64,000 nucleotides of DNA from Octopus vulgaris (Eukaryota): contig OX597820.1 of the NCBI GenBank assembly GCA_951406725.2, forward strand, positions 54,560,001 to 54,624,000, read 5' to 3'. The notes beneath the pieces were generated by a model. It did not search any database. It was given only the letters and a program-made list of their open reading frames with translations, and had not been told where the DNA came from. This document shows, piece by piece, positions 13,116-26,622 of the stretch; the first letter of the stretch is position 1, and every line of letters begins with the position of its first letter. Made by a program: the position numbers and the translations under genes.

Positions 13116-13748
13116 TATAGCAACGCTTAAAAACCTATCTGCAAAGTTTCATTTAAAAATATGCCTTTTAAAAAAAAAAACACAACTTATTTGGAAACAA
13201 AATCGGGATGCGGCACGAATCTATAATTATACCAGCTTGTTCATATATAATCCAACATCATAAATATTACTAAGTTGTTCCTGTCAGGAATGTAATGCAC
13301 CATATTTGTTTTCTTCGGTTTAATGTTGTCATACACATCCATGGCTTCAATATTCAGTTTCCTCGAAATAAACCGACATATACTATATATTAAACATTGT
13401 TTTTTTTTTTATTTTTCTTCTTTATGTATCTAAAATATATTTAATATTTCAGTTTTTTTCTTGCTCTTCTTTCTATATTCATTATTCTTATTCCTCTTAA
13501 TTTTTGCTTGTCCTCTTCATCTATATAAATATATATTTGACACCAACAATTTTAGTCGAATATGTTGAATTAAATGTTTATAATGATGGTGGTGAGTCGA
13601 ATGAACAAGAAACCACGCGGTTACCAAGTGTCGATCTTAACATAACCATGTCTTCGCTTGTATTAAACACTGTACATTTCATATAGATTATATATAAATT
13701 AAACAAGATATATTGTCTGGGGTGAGCAATACGAGCGAACATTTCTAC

Positions 13749-14950
13749 GAGGGGGTGTAGCGAAAGTAACTTTATTAGCTGACATAAGACGTTCAAATTG
13801 CATATGTTGGTACAGGGTGGGGCAGAGAGGACGGACGTCTTTGAAATGGCCATTACTCATCTCCGAAGAGAGAGAGACATATGTCCGGCTGGTGTCATTC
13901 GGTCCGTGGTGTCTTAGCATTTTTTTTCTTTTCAAGTAAAGCCATGGCGCTGTTGACGATAGAGCATCGTGTGTTTGCCTACGACAGTTACGTGAAGAAT
14001 AAAGAGTCTGTTACAGCTGTTCAGCGTAAGTTTCAGCGCCACTTCAACATTCACCGAGAAAACTGCACGAAAGACCACTGCACAGCCCAAAAGTTGGAAA
14101 AGCTGCCGTCATTGGTCCTTACTTTTTTGAAGACAATAATGGAAATACTGTTACTGTGAATTCCGAGCGTTATATCGAGATGATAAACAAACTTCTTTGT
14201 GCCTGAATTACGACGAAAACGTATGCCTATTCGCCGTGTGTGGTTTCAGCAGGATGGGGCAATGGCCCACACAGCCAGAGCACCAATGGACGATCTTCGC
14301 CCTCTCTTCAGTGACCACTTCATTTCCAGGTTTGCTGACATTCCTTGGTCCCCTGATTTGTCCATGTGTGATTTATTTCTTGCGTGGAAGTCGCCCAAAT
14401 CGACAGAGCAATGCTGGAGAGAGTGGAGGCCAATTTCCAAGAACGCCTTCAGAAATACACCAATGAAAACGGACATCACATGATGGATGTTGTTTTCCAC
14501 ACTTGATTTTGACAAATGCTAATTCAATACGAACACATTATTGACAATAGAATTTGTTTGCAGCTAAAAATAATGATTTTGTAAATTTTTCAAAAACGTC
14601 CGTCCTTTTTCCCCACCCCGTACAATAATTCTTCCTGTACAAAAATACTTCTCAACATGATCTCCATCACAAGCGATGCATTTGCACTATCGTGGAACTC
14701 AACAATAGAAACATCTTTGAAAAAATTAAAGTATGCACTGTTGTATCCAATTCTTCGTAGCCACTTCTATCTCGTCTTTGTCATCAAAGTCGTTGTGCCC
14801 GAACGCTGACCTTCGTTTGAATGACCAAATGGTAGTCCAGGGGCACCAGATCTAGGTAGATAGAAGACCACTGACCAGCTCACTTTACTGTGTGCCTGAT
14901 TTGTTGCCAAAAGTGTGTGTGACGGGCATTGCTGTGATCAATACGGATAG
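13749..14950 (-). mobile_element. Older mariner relic hosting the DD41D element
   Basis: TIR-like ta|cgagggggtg..aaagt at 13747; beyond the nested element the minus strand reads CKCIACDGDHVEK, a mariner C-terminal motif. Confidence 0.5.
13813..14620 (+). mobile_element. Tc1/mariner DD41D (rosa-like) transposon, internally deleted
   Basis: TA flanks; ~33-bp imperfect TIRs cagggtggggcagagaggacggacgtctttgaaa; N-terminal MALLTIEHRVFAYDSY..AVQRKFQRHF; WFQQDG...ISRFADIPW-SPDLSMCD (D-D spacing 38, with the usual PPR tripeptide missing, i.e. 41). Confidence 0.85.
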
Positions 14951-16284
14951 TTTTCAGATTTTTATTCAGTTTCTGTTTTTCTAATTAATGGTCTATGATT
15001 TTTGAGCGTCTCAATATACTGCTAGCTGTTCATCTTACAGCCACGTTCCAGAAAATGACAGAGAATGACGCCCTTATTATTTTCTGGTTGGAACCCTTTT
15101 ATTTGCCTCCATTGAGTAACAGGAAGAAGAGTTACTCTACTTATGTGTGTAATATATACGACCTCAGTCAGTTTACAGGAAAATTATGCTCACTTGTGCA
15201 TTATTTTCAGCAGAACTCACTTATCTTTTATTTTGGGTTGGGATTTCTTCATGCTTCCGGGGGATTTTTTTCCAACAGGCCTTCAGCCACTCCATTTCGG
15301 GGTTCACAACCAACAGTAACCTTTCTATTTTTGAATTTTTTTTTCCAATTTTTTTTCTTTGAATTAGATTGTATTAAACATAGAGGATTACAATCCTGCT
15401 ATTGAAATTTCGGTTTACGGTTAGAGCTAAGGTTAAGACTTATGGTTAGCATTTAGGTTTATAGTCTACAGTTACACGAATAGGGAAAATAATTAAGAAG
15501 AATTAAACTTTTGAATTTCTGGTCCTTTTTACGACAATTGTGGTCTCGAGTGTCTAAAACAGAAATCCGAACAAACTATCAAATGGAATAAAAAGGTACT
15601 GGAGCGACGATGGTCATTGCAGAAGTTTGGCTATATTTCCTTTCTTTTATAGCGAGTTATTGAAACGCAGGCAAAATTAGAAGAAGCAGAAGAAGAAATG
15701 CAAAGTTAACTGTAGTGATTTTTTAACTCAGGGCGCAGATAGCCGGAGCAAATACCACAAGACATTTTATCCGATATTCAAACGACTATCATTTCGCATT
15801 TGATAAGCAATTAATGCAATATTTCTCTCAAGCGTAGACATTTCACCATTATTTAAATAAAATACCAGCAAAATACTGGGATCAATTTATATATTAAACT
15901 GTTCTTTTTCCGCGAATTCGTGGCTTAACAGAATCGTTGGAGAGTCGCATGACATCTGTTGAAGACCTTTACGTTCTGGGTTCAAGTTACGCCGAGGTCA
16001 ACAATACTTTTCTTCCCCCCGAAGGCAGGGATGATAAAAATAAAGTACCTGTCAAATACTGAGATTGATATAATCGACTTCCTTCCTCGAATTTTAACAC
16101 ATTCTATATATTTCATACATTTTAATACATTAATAATTTAATGTAATTAGAATGTAACATAACTGGAGTGAAAGATTGACAATAAAACCTCAATGTTTTG
16201 GGAAGTTTAACAAAAACGTGTACTAGAGAGTAAACAGAGAGTAAAAATATAGATACTTAGTTATTAGCAACGGAAGCACTACAG

Positions 16285-16620
16285 GTTCAAAATAGCATTT
16301 TGCCTATCTAACTTAGCGTGGATATAATATAGAAAACCAGAAGACTGCGGTATTCGTCTCGAGAAAGCATCTTGTATAGACGTATAGTAGTAAAAAAAAA
16401 TGCAAAAGTATATCAATAGCAAACGGAAAGCATCCAGCAGCGATGTTGGAATTGCGAAATCCTGATTTCTGCTCCTCTGTGCGTCATCAGTAGCAAATAT
16501 CTATTAACAACCACATGTTTAGACAAATGTAGCCTCTGCGACAATAGAAAAACAGTGATTAACAAATTTCTGGTGTCGCAATCCACGTTCAGTAAAACAG
16601 ACAGAATGCTATTTTGAATT
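16285..16620. mobile_element. Old fold-back element with central hammerhead-like motif
   Basis: Imperfect arms ttcaaaatagcattttgcctatctaacttagcgtggat / atccacgttcagtaaaacagacagaatgctattttgaa; minus strand 16452-16497 has CTGATGA...GAAA tcagga TT. Confidence 0.5.
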
Positions 16621-16849
16621 AATTTTTACCTGTTTTTTTACACACAGTTTTGTGGCTTCCTACTGTATATCTACGTTAATTAAGATATAAAGTATGTTAT
16701 AGACGCTTCAGAAAAAGCGCCAGTCAGCATGACTTGTATTTGCTTTTGTTCTTTACCTTCTAAATTACCGTCGAGGTTAACTTTGCTTTTCATCCTTCTG
16801 TGGTTGATTTTTAAAAAAGCACCAGTCAAGATCTGACTTTGATTCAATC

Positions 16850-17135
16850 CAGTGGTCCGCGGATCGTTGCCGGTCCGCGAGCCATCAGCTGCCGGTATGC
16901 GACAAGTTTCCAGAAAAGAAAGAAACTTTATAAAATACTTATAAAACGCTTATGTAATATCGTATTATTTGTTTACAAAATAAATATAAGATAAAAAAAA
17001 TTGTCAACTTTTATTATATTCATTATATATAATGTTTCCGGTATAAATTAATATTATTAAGAAATATTACCGGTCCGTGGCACATTGGGGGGAAAAACTG
17101 ACGGTATGCCACATCAGATAGTTTGAAAAGGACTG
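16850..17135. mobile_element. hAT-type non-autonomous element inserted in a SINE A remnant
   Basis: CAGT...ACTG ends, 8-bp TSD attcaatc/atttaatc, subterminal ccggtccg repeats. Confidence 0.6.
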
Positions 17136-17484
17136 ATTTAATCGACAAAACTCTAGCACAAAAATAAATCAACATCATTTAGCAGCCTTATATTAGAACC
17201 AGTTGTTCTACGGGAGACAACTCCTATATACTGTTTTATTTTGTAACTACAAACATGAAATGAAGATGGGTGCAAGCTAACGAAGAGCCAACAAAGGAGC
17301 TTCTGAACAGTTATTTGACTTGCTAAAAATAGCTCTCCAATCTTCCTCACATCATACTAAACTGTCTTATAAAGAGGATATATTAAGTAGTATAATTATC
17401 GATGCAGTATCTGCACAAAAAGGAAAATTGTATTATTCATTCAACATATACCAAGTCCATAACAAATTTATAAAATATGTGTAT

Positions 17485-17813
17485 TACATGGCACTCCGTC
17501 GATTACAACGACGAGTGTTCCAATTGATCTGATCAACGGAACATCCTGCTCGTGAAATTGACGTGCAAGTGGCTGAGAACTCCACAGACACGTGTAGTAC
17601 CTTTAGCGTAGTTCTCGGGGAAATTCAGCATGACACAGAGTGGGACATAGTTGCACTCTGAAGTACGGGTACAACAAAAACAGGAAGAAAGAGTGAGAGA
17701 AAATTGTGGTGAAAGAGTACAGCAGGGTTCACCACCTCCTCCGCCCGGTCTGTGAATCGAAACCGCGATCCTAAGACCGCTGCCCTAACCACTGGGCCAT
17801 CGCACCTCCACGA
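17485..17813 (-). mobile_element. tRNA-derived SINE
   Basis: A-box-like tggcccagtggttagg and B-box-like gtttcgattc on the minus strand; 13-bp TSD aaaatatgtgtat (17472-84/17814-26). Confidence 0.85.
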
Positions 17814-18489
17814 AAAATATGTGTATACAATCCTTTTATATCACTATATCAACCAGACTATCGGGTGTGATTTTACACCGTTAGTCACAATGCACTTTCT
17901 CGCATTATTGAAGCAGCCAGGCCTTTGGCTATGTGAGTAGGCCAACTGGATATTTACTAAAGCTAAAAAATAACTCGTAATCTTTATTATACTTGTTGAT
18001 ACCCTGAAAAGAGATCTACTTCACTTTCGTAAATGTACCTTAAATCTTGATATAATGCACTACAGAATATACCGTTTGTTTTGTTTGTTTTTTTTGTTTT
18101 TTGGGGTTTTTTGGGGTTTTTTTGTTTTTGTTTTTTAGCCATTATTAAGTATTACGGTGATTGTAATGTACTACAGAACATATCTATAGATTTTTAGTCC
18201 AGCACTACAAATTAGATGTTTGTAAACACTTCGTCTTTGCAATATGTCTGTTATGAGAAGGTCCCCACGCCCTTCTCACAGTTGATTATAGCAGGATTTC
18301 AACCCAGACTAGACCTGTTATTAAATACATTTCAGGGGAAAAAATATTAAAATTATAAATTCAAAAGCAATAGAATCAATACTGAATACTGATATAAAGC
18401 CAAATGTATAATTTTTTTCAAATTTTGTATTTGAAGTAACTTTGCAATGTTAATATTATCAATGTCACATAATGCAAACAAAAATGGTA

Positions 18490-18827
18490 AAAAGACCACC
18501 CTTTGGTCACGACTCACCATGGGATTGCACCTAGAAAGTTACCCTCCCCAGGTACAAGTCCGGGCAAGATTGTTTATGGAAGACCGGCAGTTACCCATGC
18601 ATACTAGCCTCTCCTCTCCACACCACCGATGTTATCCAAGGGAAAGGCAAAAGCCGATACAGTTTGGTATCAGTGACGCCGCAATTCATTTCTACAGCTG
18701 AGTGAACTGGAGCAACGTGAAATAAAGTGTCGGGCTCAAGAGCGCAACACACAGCCCGGTCCGGGAATCGAACTCACCACCTTATTATTGTGAGCCCGGC
18801 GCTCTAACTACGGAGCCATGCGCCTTC
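18490..18827 (-). mobile_element. tRNA-derived SINE family C
   Basis: Reverse-complement homolog of 24483-24788; A/B boxes present. Confidence 0.85.
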
Positions 18828-20299
18828 ATCACATACTTAATGTATGTACATCAACTCACATGCATGCTTAATGTATGTGTATTGTTAAACGCGTGGAGTG
18901 TTAAAAAAAACAAAACGCAAAACAAAACAGTATACCAAGCGAAACGAATCACTCCGGAAGTGAACGAGAACGACAGATAACAGTACTTTGCAGTTATTCC
19001 TGCTCACACATATATAAGGACAAGATCGCTAATTTGAATTAAATACCGATCTTATTAAATGGCCATGATGGAAATAAAAACCTTCAAAGGTAATAATTAT
19101 TATTAAAATTATAATTTAAGCTATCAAAGAGATACAGCTAAGATCTGAGATTCGAACCCGTGATCTCTCGACTGCAAGTCCGCTGCCCTAACCACTAGGC
19201 CATGTACCTTCAGAATGACATTGAATAGTTATTTATTCTAGATCCTCTTGGTTATTGTATTTTCCAGCTTTTTTTTTTATATTGTTAATCTACTATTATA
19301 ATTCCATTTGTATTTTCGAAGCTTTATAAAAATGCGTTAAACTTTGCTAACAACAGGTTGACATCAACACATTTAATGCCTATACAGCTCAAGGAGAGAA
19401 GACAAAACGACAAAATAAAACTAGTAAAAAATTTCAGCTTGGCGGTATCTCTTAGATACCGTAAATTATAATTTTATATATATATATATATATATTTCAG
19501 GCCAGAGATTGGAATTCGCTCAAATGAGCACTGGCCATGTACAGTGACCTATTAGTTGTCCATTCTCTTTCGAGACTTTAGCGTGCCCTTCTGTCAATGT
19601 AGGAATAAGAGACCATTTGGAGGGATACTTCTTATGCGTTTTGAACATATCTTACCATCAAAACCATCAGAAATCAGTTGTTCGATAGGTAAACCACATC
19701 TTCAAGTGAGACAAGCATAATAGTAAAAATTTACCGTCTACCGCATCAATTCAGTATCTAACGGATATCGGCTCGTGAAGAGAACATCTAAAGAACTCAC
19801 ATTGAAATACAGCAATCAACTCAACGAGTTAAATTAGGCGCCCTCATATCCGAGACATCTCCTATATTTATGCGAATAACGAGGAGAAACTTTAATAAAA
19901 AAAAAGAAAAAGTTATTTGTAATGTAGGGGAGGTAATTAGGGTTAAGTTGCTGCGCTTAATACAACTGATTATTTTCTCTTCTCTTTTCAGTATCATTTT
20001 TTAATTTTTTTTTATCTTCGGAAAATTCGATTTGACTTTATTATGATTCTCAAATATAGCCCCATAGCTGCTGGTTATCAAATACTTCGGCAATCGAAGT
20101 ATTTGATTTCTAATATGAATTTATCTCATAGATTTTCTTTTAATAAAACATGTCTTGACAAGAATGTTTGTCTACTTTTGCAGATATGAAACTACATCTG
20201 AGCAAATCTAGAAAAAAACAACAAGTTTATATCATTTGTTTGCTACATATGGTCCACCGTTGAGGTTGTTTGGAACAGCTGCATTGGTTCTTCCAAGTA

Positions 20300-20680
20300 C
20301 AAACAATAACTCTGAGCACCTTTTCAAACTCCACCCGTCTAACACCCGTGGACATATTTACAAAGTAAGAAAACAGCACAGCTCCCATGACTTCAGGAAA
20401 CATTTTTTCAAGCTGAGAGTTGCTGAAGCATGGAACAAACTGCCGGCATCAGTTGTTAGTTGTCGGAGCACAGCATCCTTCAAAACTTCCATGCTTTCTG
20501 AGATTTGCCAACACTACACCTGATTTTATACCCTCCATACACACACAAGCATGTATCTGACTCATACATTGTTTGCTTTCCAGACATTTCTACATTACTG
20601 CATGTACTTTATATGCACTTTCTGACAAGTTGTGGTGCACCTGAGCACTGTATACAATAATTTCATTATTATTATTTATT
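20300..20680 (+). mobile_element. CR1 LINE (family 2) 3' fragment
   Basis: NTRGHIYKVRKQHSSHDFRKHFFKLRVAEAWNKLP (CR1 TRGH...R..FF..RV...WN.LP motif) and an (ATT)n tail. Confidence 0.88.
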
Positions 20681-21159
20681 ATAAGTGCGAGAGGATGCTT
20701 AACCACAACGGATCGCCAAGGAAACACTTCATTGCATTATGTTACAGAGATCAAATATCTAAAGTTGAACAGATGCCGAGAGAATCAATTAGCATTTTGT
20801 CTAGTTTGGAGTTGATACAGAAGGCGTAAATTATATAGTGCGAAAATCAAGTTTTAACAGAATTGTGTTGTGCGTATTATTATATTGTGTGTGTGTGTAA
20901 ATATAAATATATAGAGTGAGTGGAGGAGAGAAAGAGAGAGATGAAATCAAATAGCAAAATGTGGGATAAACTTTGTGAGGAAATAACTAATGTTTCAGAA
21001 ACATAATTAATCTCAGCTGTGAAGTTTTGTTATTTTTTTTTGTTTGGTTGTTTTTTTTTGGGGGGGGGGGGTGAAAATCACGTGTTTCAGATTTTGGATA
21101 AATCCCACAGATTCATCAACTGTACCGAAGTTGTCCCTCAGTTAGCCTGTTGTAATCTG

Positions 21160-21167
21160 CGTATGTG

Positions 21168-21215
<48 letters not shown>

Positions 21216-21383
21216 CTTGCGTGTGTGTGTATGTGTGTGTGCGTGCGTGCGTGCGTGCGTGCATGCGTGCGTGCGTGCATGCGTGCGTGCATGCGTGCGT
21301 GCATGCGTGCGTGCGTGCGTGCGTGCATGCGTGCGTGCGTGCGTGCATGCGTGCGTGCGTGCGTGCATGCTTGCGTGCGTGCA

Positions 21384-21426
<43 letters not shown>

Positions 21427-21692
21427 ATGCGTGTGTGCGTGCATGCGTGCGTGCGTGCATGCGTGCGTGCGTGCGTGCATGCGTGCGTGCGTGCATGCGT
21501 GCGTGCGTGCATGCGTGCGTGCGTGCATGCGTGCGTGCGTGCATGCGTGCGTGCGTGCATGCGTGCGTGCGTGCGTGCATGCGTGCGTGCGTGCATGCGT
21601 GCGTGCGTGCATGCGTGCGTGCGTGCGTGCATGCGTGCGTGCGTGCATGCGTGCGTGCGTGCATGCGTGCGTGCGTGCCCGCGTGTGTGTGT
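21160..21692. repeat. (GT)n + (TGCG/TGCA)n alternating purine-pyrimidine array
   Basis: Direct reading; source of the CVRA/HART pseudo-ORFs. Confidence 0.97.
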
Positions 21693-21803
21693 ACTTGCTT
21701 GGTCTGGAGGATGGGTCCGGACCTATAACATTCGCAGGCCCTCCAACACCGATGAAATTAACGTTTGACAGATCTAGGAAAGACATACTAGAAGCAAGAA
21801 GTA

Positions 21804-22021
21804 CGAGGGGATGCTGAAAAGTTCCTGGCTTTGAGTAAAAGAAAATACAGGAGGATCGGTTAATTATGCTTTTATTCAACATATTTCCCTCTCAAAGCCA
21901 CACACTAATTGCAGCGGTCCTTCAGTTTTTCTAAGCCCTGTGAAAAGAACTCAGAAGATTGGGCCGCCAATCAGTCATTTTGCGACACCCTTAAACCAGG
22001 AATTTTTCAAACATCCCCTCG
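21804..22021 (-). mobile_element. Mariner-derived MITE (218 bp)
   Basis: TA flanks; ~30-bp TIRs cgaggggatgctgaaaagttcctgg; retains the C-terminal transposase remnant FFSQGLEKLKDRCN*CVALRGKYVE*. Confidence 0.85.
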
Positions 22022-22264
22022 TAAATTCCAGCGAACTGACGTTGTGACGGAGGAAGAACAGGGCGTAATGGTCAGTGTGGCAAAGGATGACTGGACATAG
22101 TATGGATGTGGAGGAAAGAGATGAGTAGCACTGAGAAGAGACCAGAGAGCCCTGATGAGCTGAGACCATTACAATAGCTGTGGTAGAAAACAAGTAGAGG
22201 TGAAATACCACGCCTGTGAGTCAGAACATGTTTGTGAGTGATTTTACGTCATTCAGACGGGTAG

Positions 22265-22351
<87 letters not shown>

Positions 22352-22399
22352 CTGTGTGCGACACTTTTATATATTTGATACACAAGCAAGTATTTCAAA

Positions 22400-22404
22400 A
22401 TAAC

Positions 22405-22466
<62 letters not shown>

Positions 22467-23690
22467 AATTATGAAATTATTGTGTATCGTGCTCAGGTGC
22501 ACTACATAGATGGATAATATACAGTACATAGAATTGCGTACAAAGGTCAGGAAGTGAACAGCGTATGAGTCATGATATACATGTGTGCATGCGTATGGCG
22601 GCGGTGGGTGGATATCAGGTGTAGTGTTGGCGAATTTCAAGAAGCATGGAGGTTTTAAAGGATACAATGTCTCGGCAACTAACAACTGATGCAGGTAGTT
22701 TTTTTTTCCATGCTGCAGCAACTCTGAGTGAGCAAACATGTTTCCGAAAGTCATGGAAGCTGTGCTGTTTTCTGACTCTGTAGGCATGCCCATATTAGAC
22801 ATATATGTGTGTTAGACATATGGAGCTCAAGAGGGTGCTCAAGAGGGTGCTCAAGGTGGTTGTTGGCAGGATGGTTAATAATTTTGTGGATGTTTACCTA
22901 GTCAGTTGCCAGACGTCGGAGCTTCAGTGTATCTACGCCCAGGGAAGCAAGGCGTTCAGATTATGGTAAATGCCTGATGAAGGGTATTCGCTTGGTTGTA
23001 CGTCTGTGAACAGTTTCCAGGAGGTCAATGTCCCGAGTATTATAGGGGTTCCAAACTGGTGATGCAAATTCCAAGTGTGGCTGCATCACAGCCATTTACA
23101 GCCTTAAATAGATAGCTGGAAAGCGGTTGACAAAAGTCTTGCTGAGTGATGCAAAGACACCCTCGCTGTTGACAGTAATACCCAGGTCACGTTCACAAGA
23201 TTTCTTGATATTAGCGTTATGGAGAGAGTATGTGGACGCTGGGTTTTTCCTCCCAAAATGCATGGTGGTACACTTGTCCACAACCTGTTTGAGTTGTCAA
23301 TTCGTGATCCATTGTTGCATTGTGTCCAGGTCCGATTGCAGGAAAGTTCTATAGTGTTCAGGATCTGTCCTTTTTATCTCAAGATACAGCTTGATGTCAT
23401 CTGCATATTTCAGCACTGTGGCCTTCTTTAAGTTGGCATCTATGTCATTAATGTATGCAATAAACAAAAGGGGACAAGAACTGATACCTGTGGTGCACCA
23501 GATGATATTTCATAGGATGAAGAATGCTGACCTAGAACCGTGACTACTTCTTTTCGGCTGAGAATGAAGGACTCCAACCCGTTAAAAAGATCATCTTTCA
23601 CACCCATTGCAGATAGTTTTGCCATAAGTCTTTTGTGTGGCACAGAATTAAAAGCTTAGCAAAGTCAAGATAAACAACACTTGGGTGATA
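22400..23690 (-). mobile_element. CR1 LINE (family 2) RT fragment with tail
   Basis: Minus strand: YLDFAK..FNSVPHKRL, SGAPQVSVL, YADDIKLY (~23383-23407); frameshifts; (TTA)n tail. Confidence 0.88.
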
Positions 23691-24447
23691 TCTTCAAGAA
23701 ACTCGATAAGTTGATCACAGCAGCTGGAGTTAGGGAAAGATCCAAATTGCGATGGCCGGATAAGGCTGTGAGAAATTCCAGAAGTTCCAGAGTGTTTCTC
23801 TGACACAGGATTCCATCAATTTGGCAATGCAGCGGGTAAGACTGACTGAACGATAGTTGAAAGGTGACCCCTTTTTTTATTTTTTTTTTGCGGTCACCCT
23901 TTTTGTTACTGCCCATAAGGGACAGGTTGGCAATAATCATAGCATGGTCCAATCACTTGAATATGAAATTAGTTTGTTCTTCACTTAGATGGATAATTCT
24001 GTATGTTGGTTATATATAGAGGTTACTTAACCAATGTAGTCTCTATTCTGGAAAAGATTATTTTATTTCTTTATTGCCCACAGGAGGCTAAACATAGAGG
24101 GGACAAACAAGGACAGACAAAGGGATTAAGTCGACACATCGACCGCAGTATGCAACTGGTACTTATTTAATCGACCCCGGAAGGATGAAAGGAAAAGTCA
24201 ATCTCGGCGGAATGATTATTGGGAGCTAGTTTGTGTTATGAACTATTGATGTTGACAACAGACATTAAGTGTCCATATTACCAACCTCAATGAAACGAAA
24301 TAATAAAAAAAGGTGTCATTAAAAAAGGTCAACACGACATTAATGACAAAAATTAGAAAAGAATCTTCTTATTTATTAACAAAGATATATAAAGGCAAGT
24401 GATGTGAGCGAAATGTTCATATTGGACTTAGACGAGCCTATCTAGAC

Positions 24448-25269
24448 CAGTAGTCCTCAACCTCTTGTTACTCAACGCCTCATGTGAAGGCGCATAGCTC
24501 GGTGGTTAGAGCGTCGGACTCACAATCATGAGGTAGTGAGTTCGATTTCCGGACCGGGATGTGTGTTGTGTTCTTGAGCAAGACATTTATTTCACTTTGC
24601 TCCAGTAAACTCAGCTGCAGAAATGAGTTGCGACATCACTGGTGCCCAGCTGTATCGGCCTTTCCTTTGGATAACATCAGTGGCGTGGAGAGGGGAGACC
24701 GGTATGCATGGGTGACTGCTGATCTTCTGTAAGCAACTCCGCACGGACTTATAACTCGGAGGGGAACATTCCAGGTGCAGTTCCATAGTCAACGCCTCAC
24801 TGTCATGGAATACCGTTTTTTTGTTTTTTTTGTTTTTTTTTTAATGGCTCTCCATATGTTTGGAAAGAAAAACAGAATATTTTAATGATAACAGAATCTA
24901 ACTTTGCGGAATGATCTATTATCAATATTTTCTTACAATATTTCATCAAGCATATACCACTTTTTATATATTTAATAGAACTAATACACCCATGTTAAAC
25001 TTTTAGGGAAATTACTAAAGAAAGCGAGTAATCCCAGAAAATTATACTATACCGACATTAGTTCTATTCACTGAAAGCACAAGGTTCTACTCATATTTTA
25101 TATACGAAAAATGCTTTTTCAAACATTGTACCTAGTTTAAATATTTCATTTTTTTTTTATATATATATCGACCTTCTTTAAACAGACAGCATCATGTCCT
25201 ATAGTTTGCCCTTTAATATTCGCTATTTCCTGGTAAACTCATAACGCTCCCCCAGATTAAAAATTACTG
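24448..25269. mobile_element. hAT (Charlie-like) non-autonomous element with nested SINE
   Basis: Imperfect TIRs cagtagtcctcaacct / agattaaaaattactg; 8-bp TSD atctagac/atctaggc. Confidence 0.75.
24483..24788 (+). mobile_element. tRNA-derived SINE family C
   Basis: A box tagctcggtgg, B box gagttcgatt; 11-bp TSD tcaacgcctca (24472-82/24789-99). Related heads at ~33445 and ~38480. Confidence 0.9.
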
Positions 25270-25570
25270 ATCTAGGCAAACCGAATAATGAACTACAAGT
25301 GTATTGTGCAGCCTTGATCGGGCAGACGTTACGGTTTGCCGGTACTGAAGTCACGAACTCACTCAACCAGTGATTCATCATTAACTCTTTCGAGTTTGTT
25401 GGGTTATCTCCAGTGCGTTTAGGATTTTATTGGCCAATGTGACCTCCATTTCTTAAGAATACAGGTTGAGATTTGGTTACCATTTATAGCAAGTCGGGAC
25501 ACGTAGGAAGATTTTCTCGGTGGCTTGTAATATATCCATATATGTATACAGGGTACGGCAGAAAGGTTGT

Positions 25571-25660
<90 letters not shown>

Positions 25661-26457
25661 AATTGTTATATATAGTGCTCAGGTGAACTACAACTAAGAA
25701 AAAATATAAGGCCATTAGGTGTACCGTTGGCGGATTTCAGGAAGCATGGAAATTTGAAATACGTACTGTGTCGACACTACGTTCATTAATTAATAATTGT
25801 GACTATAGTTAACCGAGAGGACATTCTGTCGTTATTTTTTTTTTTGTAGGGTGGGAGTTGGGGGTGTATTTTGATTTGATTTTGTTTTGCTGGGCATAGA
25901 GTATTCAGAGTGTATCTATTATTCAATGTGTCCGCCCTACTTTTTAAAACGATGAAATATGATTTGGATTGCTATTTATAATACGCTGAATGACAGCGAA
26001 CAGTTTTCCTCGCTGGCTCAACTATACATACGTTATTTAGCCCAGTTCAACTCTAAGTGAGCAAAAGTATGAACCAAAATATCGTCTTCTTTAAGAGTAT
26101 TTTAGATTACATTATCTAATGCTAATAAAATTGAGATTAAATAAAAAAAAATTCTGCTGGAGTTACGTCCCCTGCACTAGCGTCAGTTCTATTGAGGATC
26201 ACCCGATTCATTCGTCTTCTTTTTCATCATTCATGTTTGATCCAAATCCTCAGGCCCTCGCTCCTGCAATAATGCCCGATCCTTCCTTCCTTCCTCTGCC
26301 GTAACATTATTCTACAGCAACCCCTTCTTTGCACTTATCTTTCCTACATCTATCGCTGTTTAAGCTGAACATCAACAACCTGTCTTATCTGGAGACATAT
26401 GTAAGAGGATTTGCGAATGTTATAGGCGCTATCCCTTCTTCTAGACCTAACAAAGAC

Positions 26458-26622
<165 letters not shown>

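Noticed and set aside
24483-24560. tRNA-like sequence with A and B boxes (also ~17740-17810, ~18755-18827, ~33445-33510)
   Set aside because: These are SINE heads continuous with SINE bodies and lack a complete acceptor stem; not tRNA genes.
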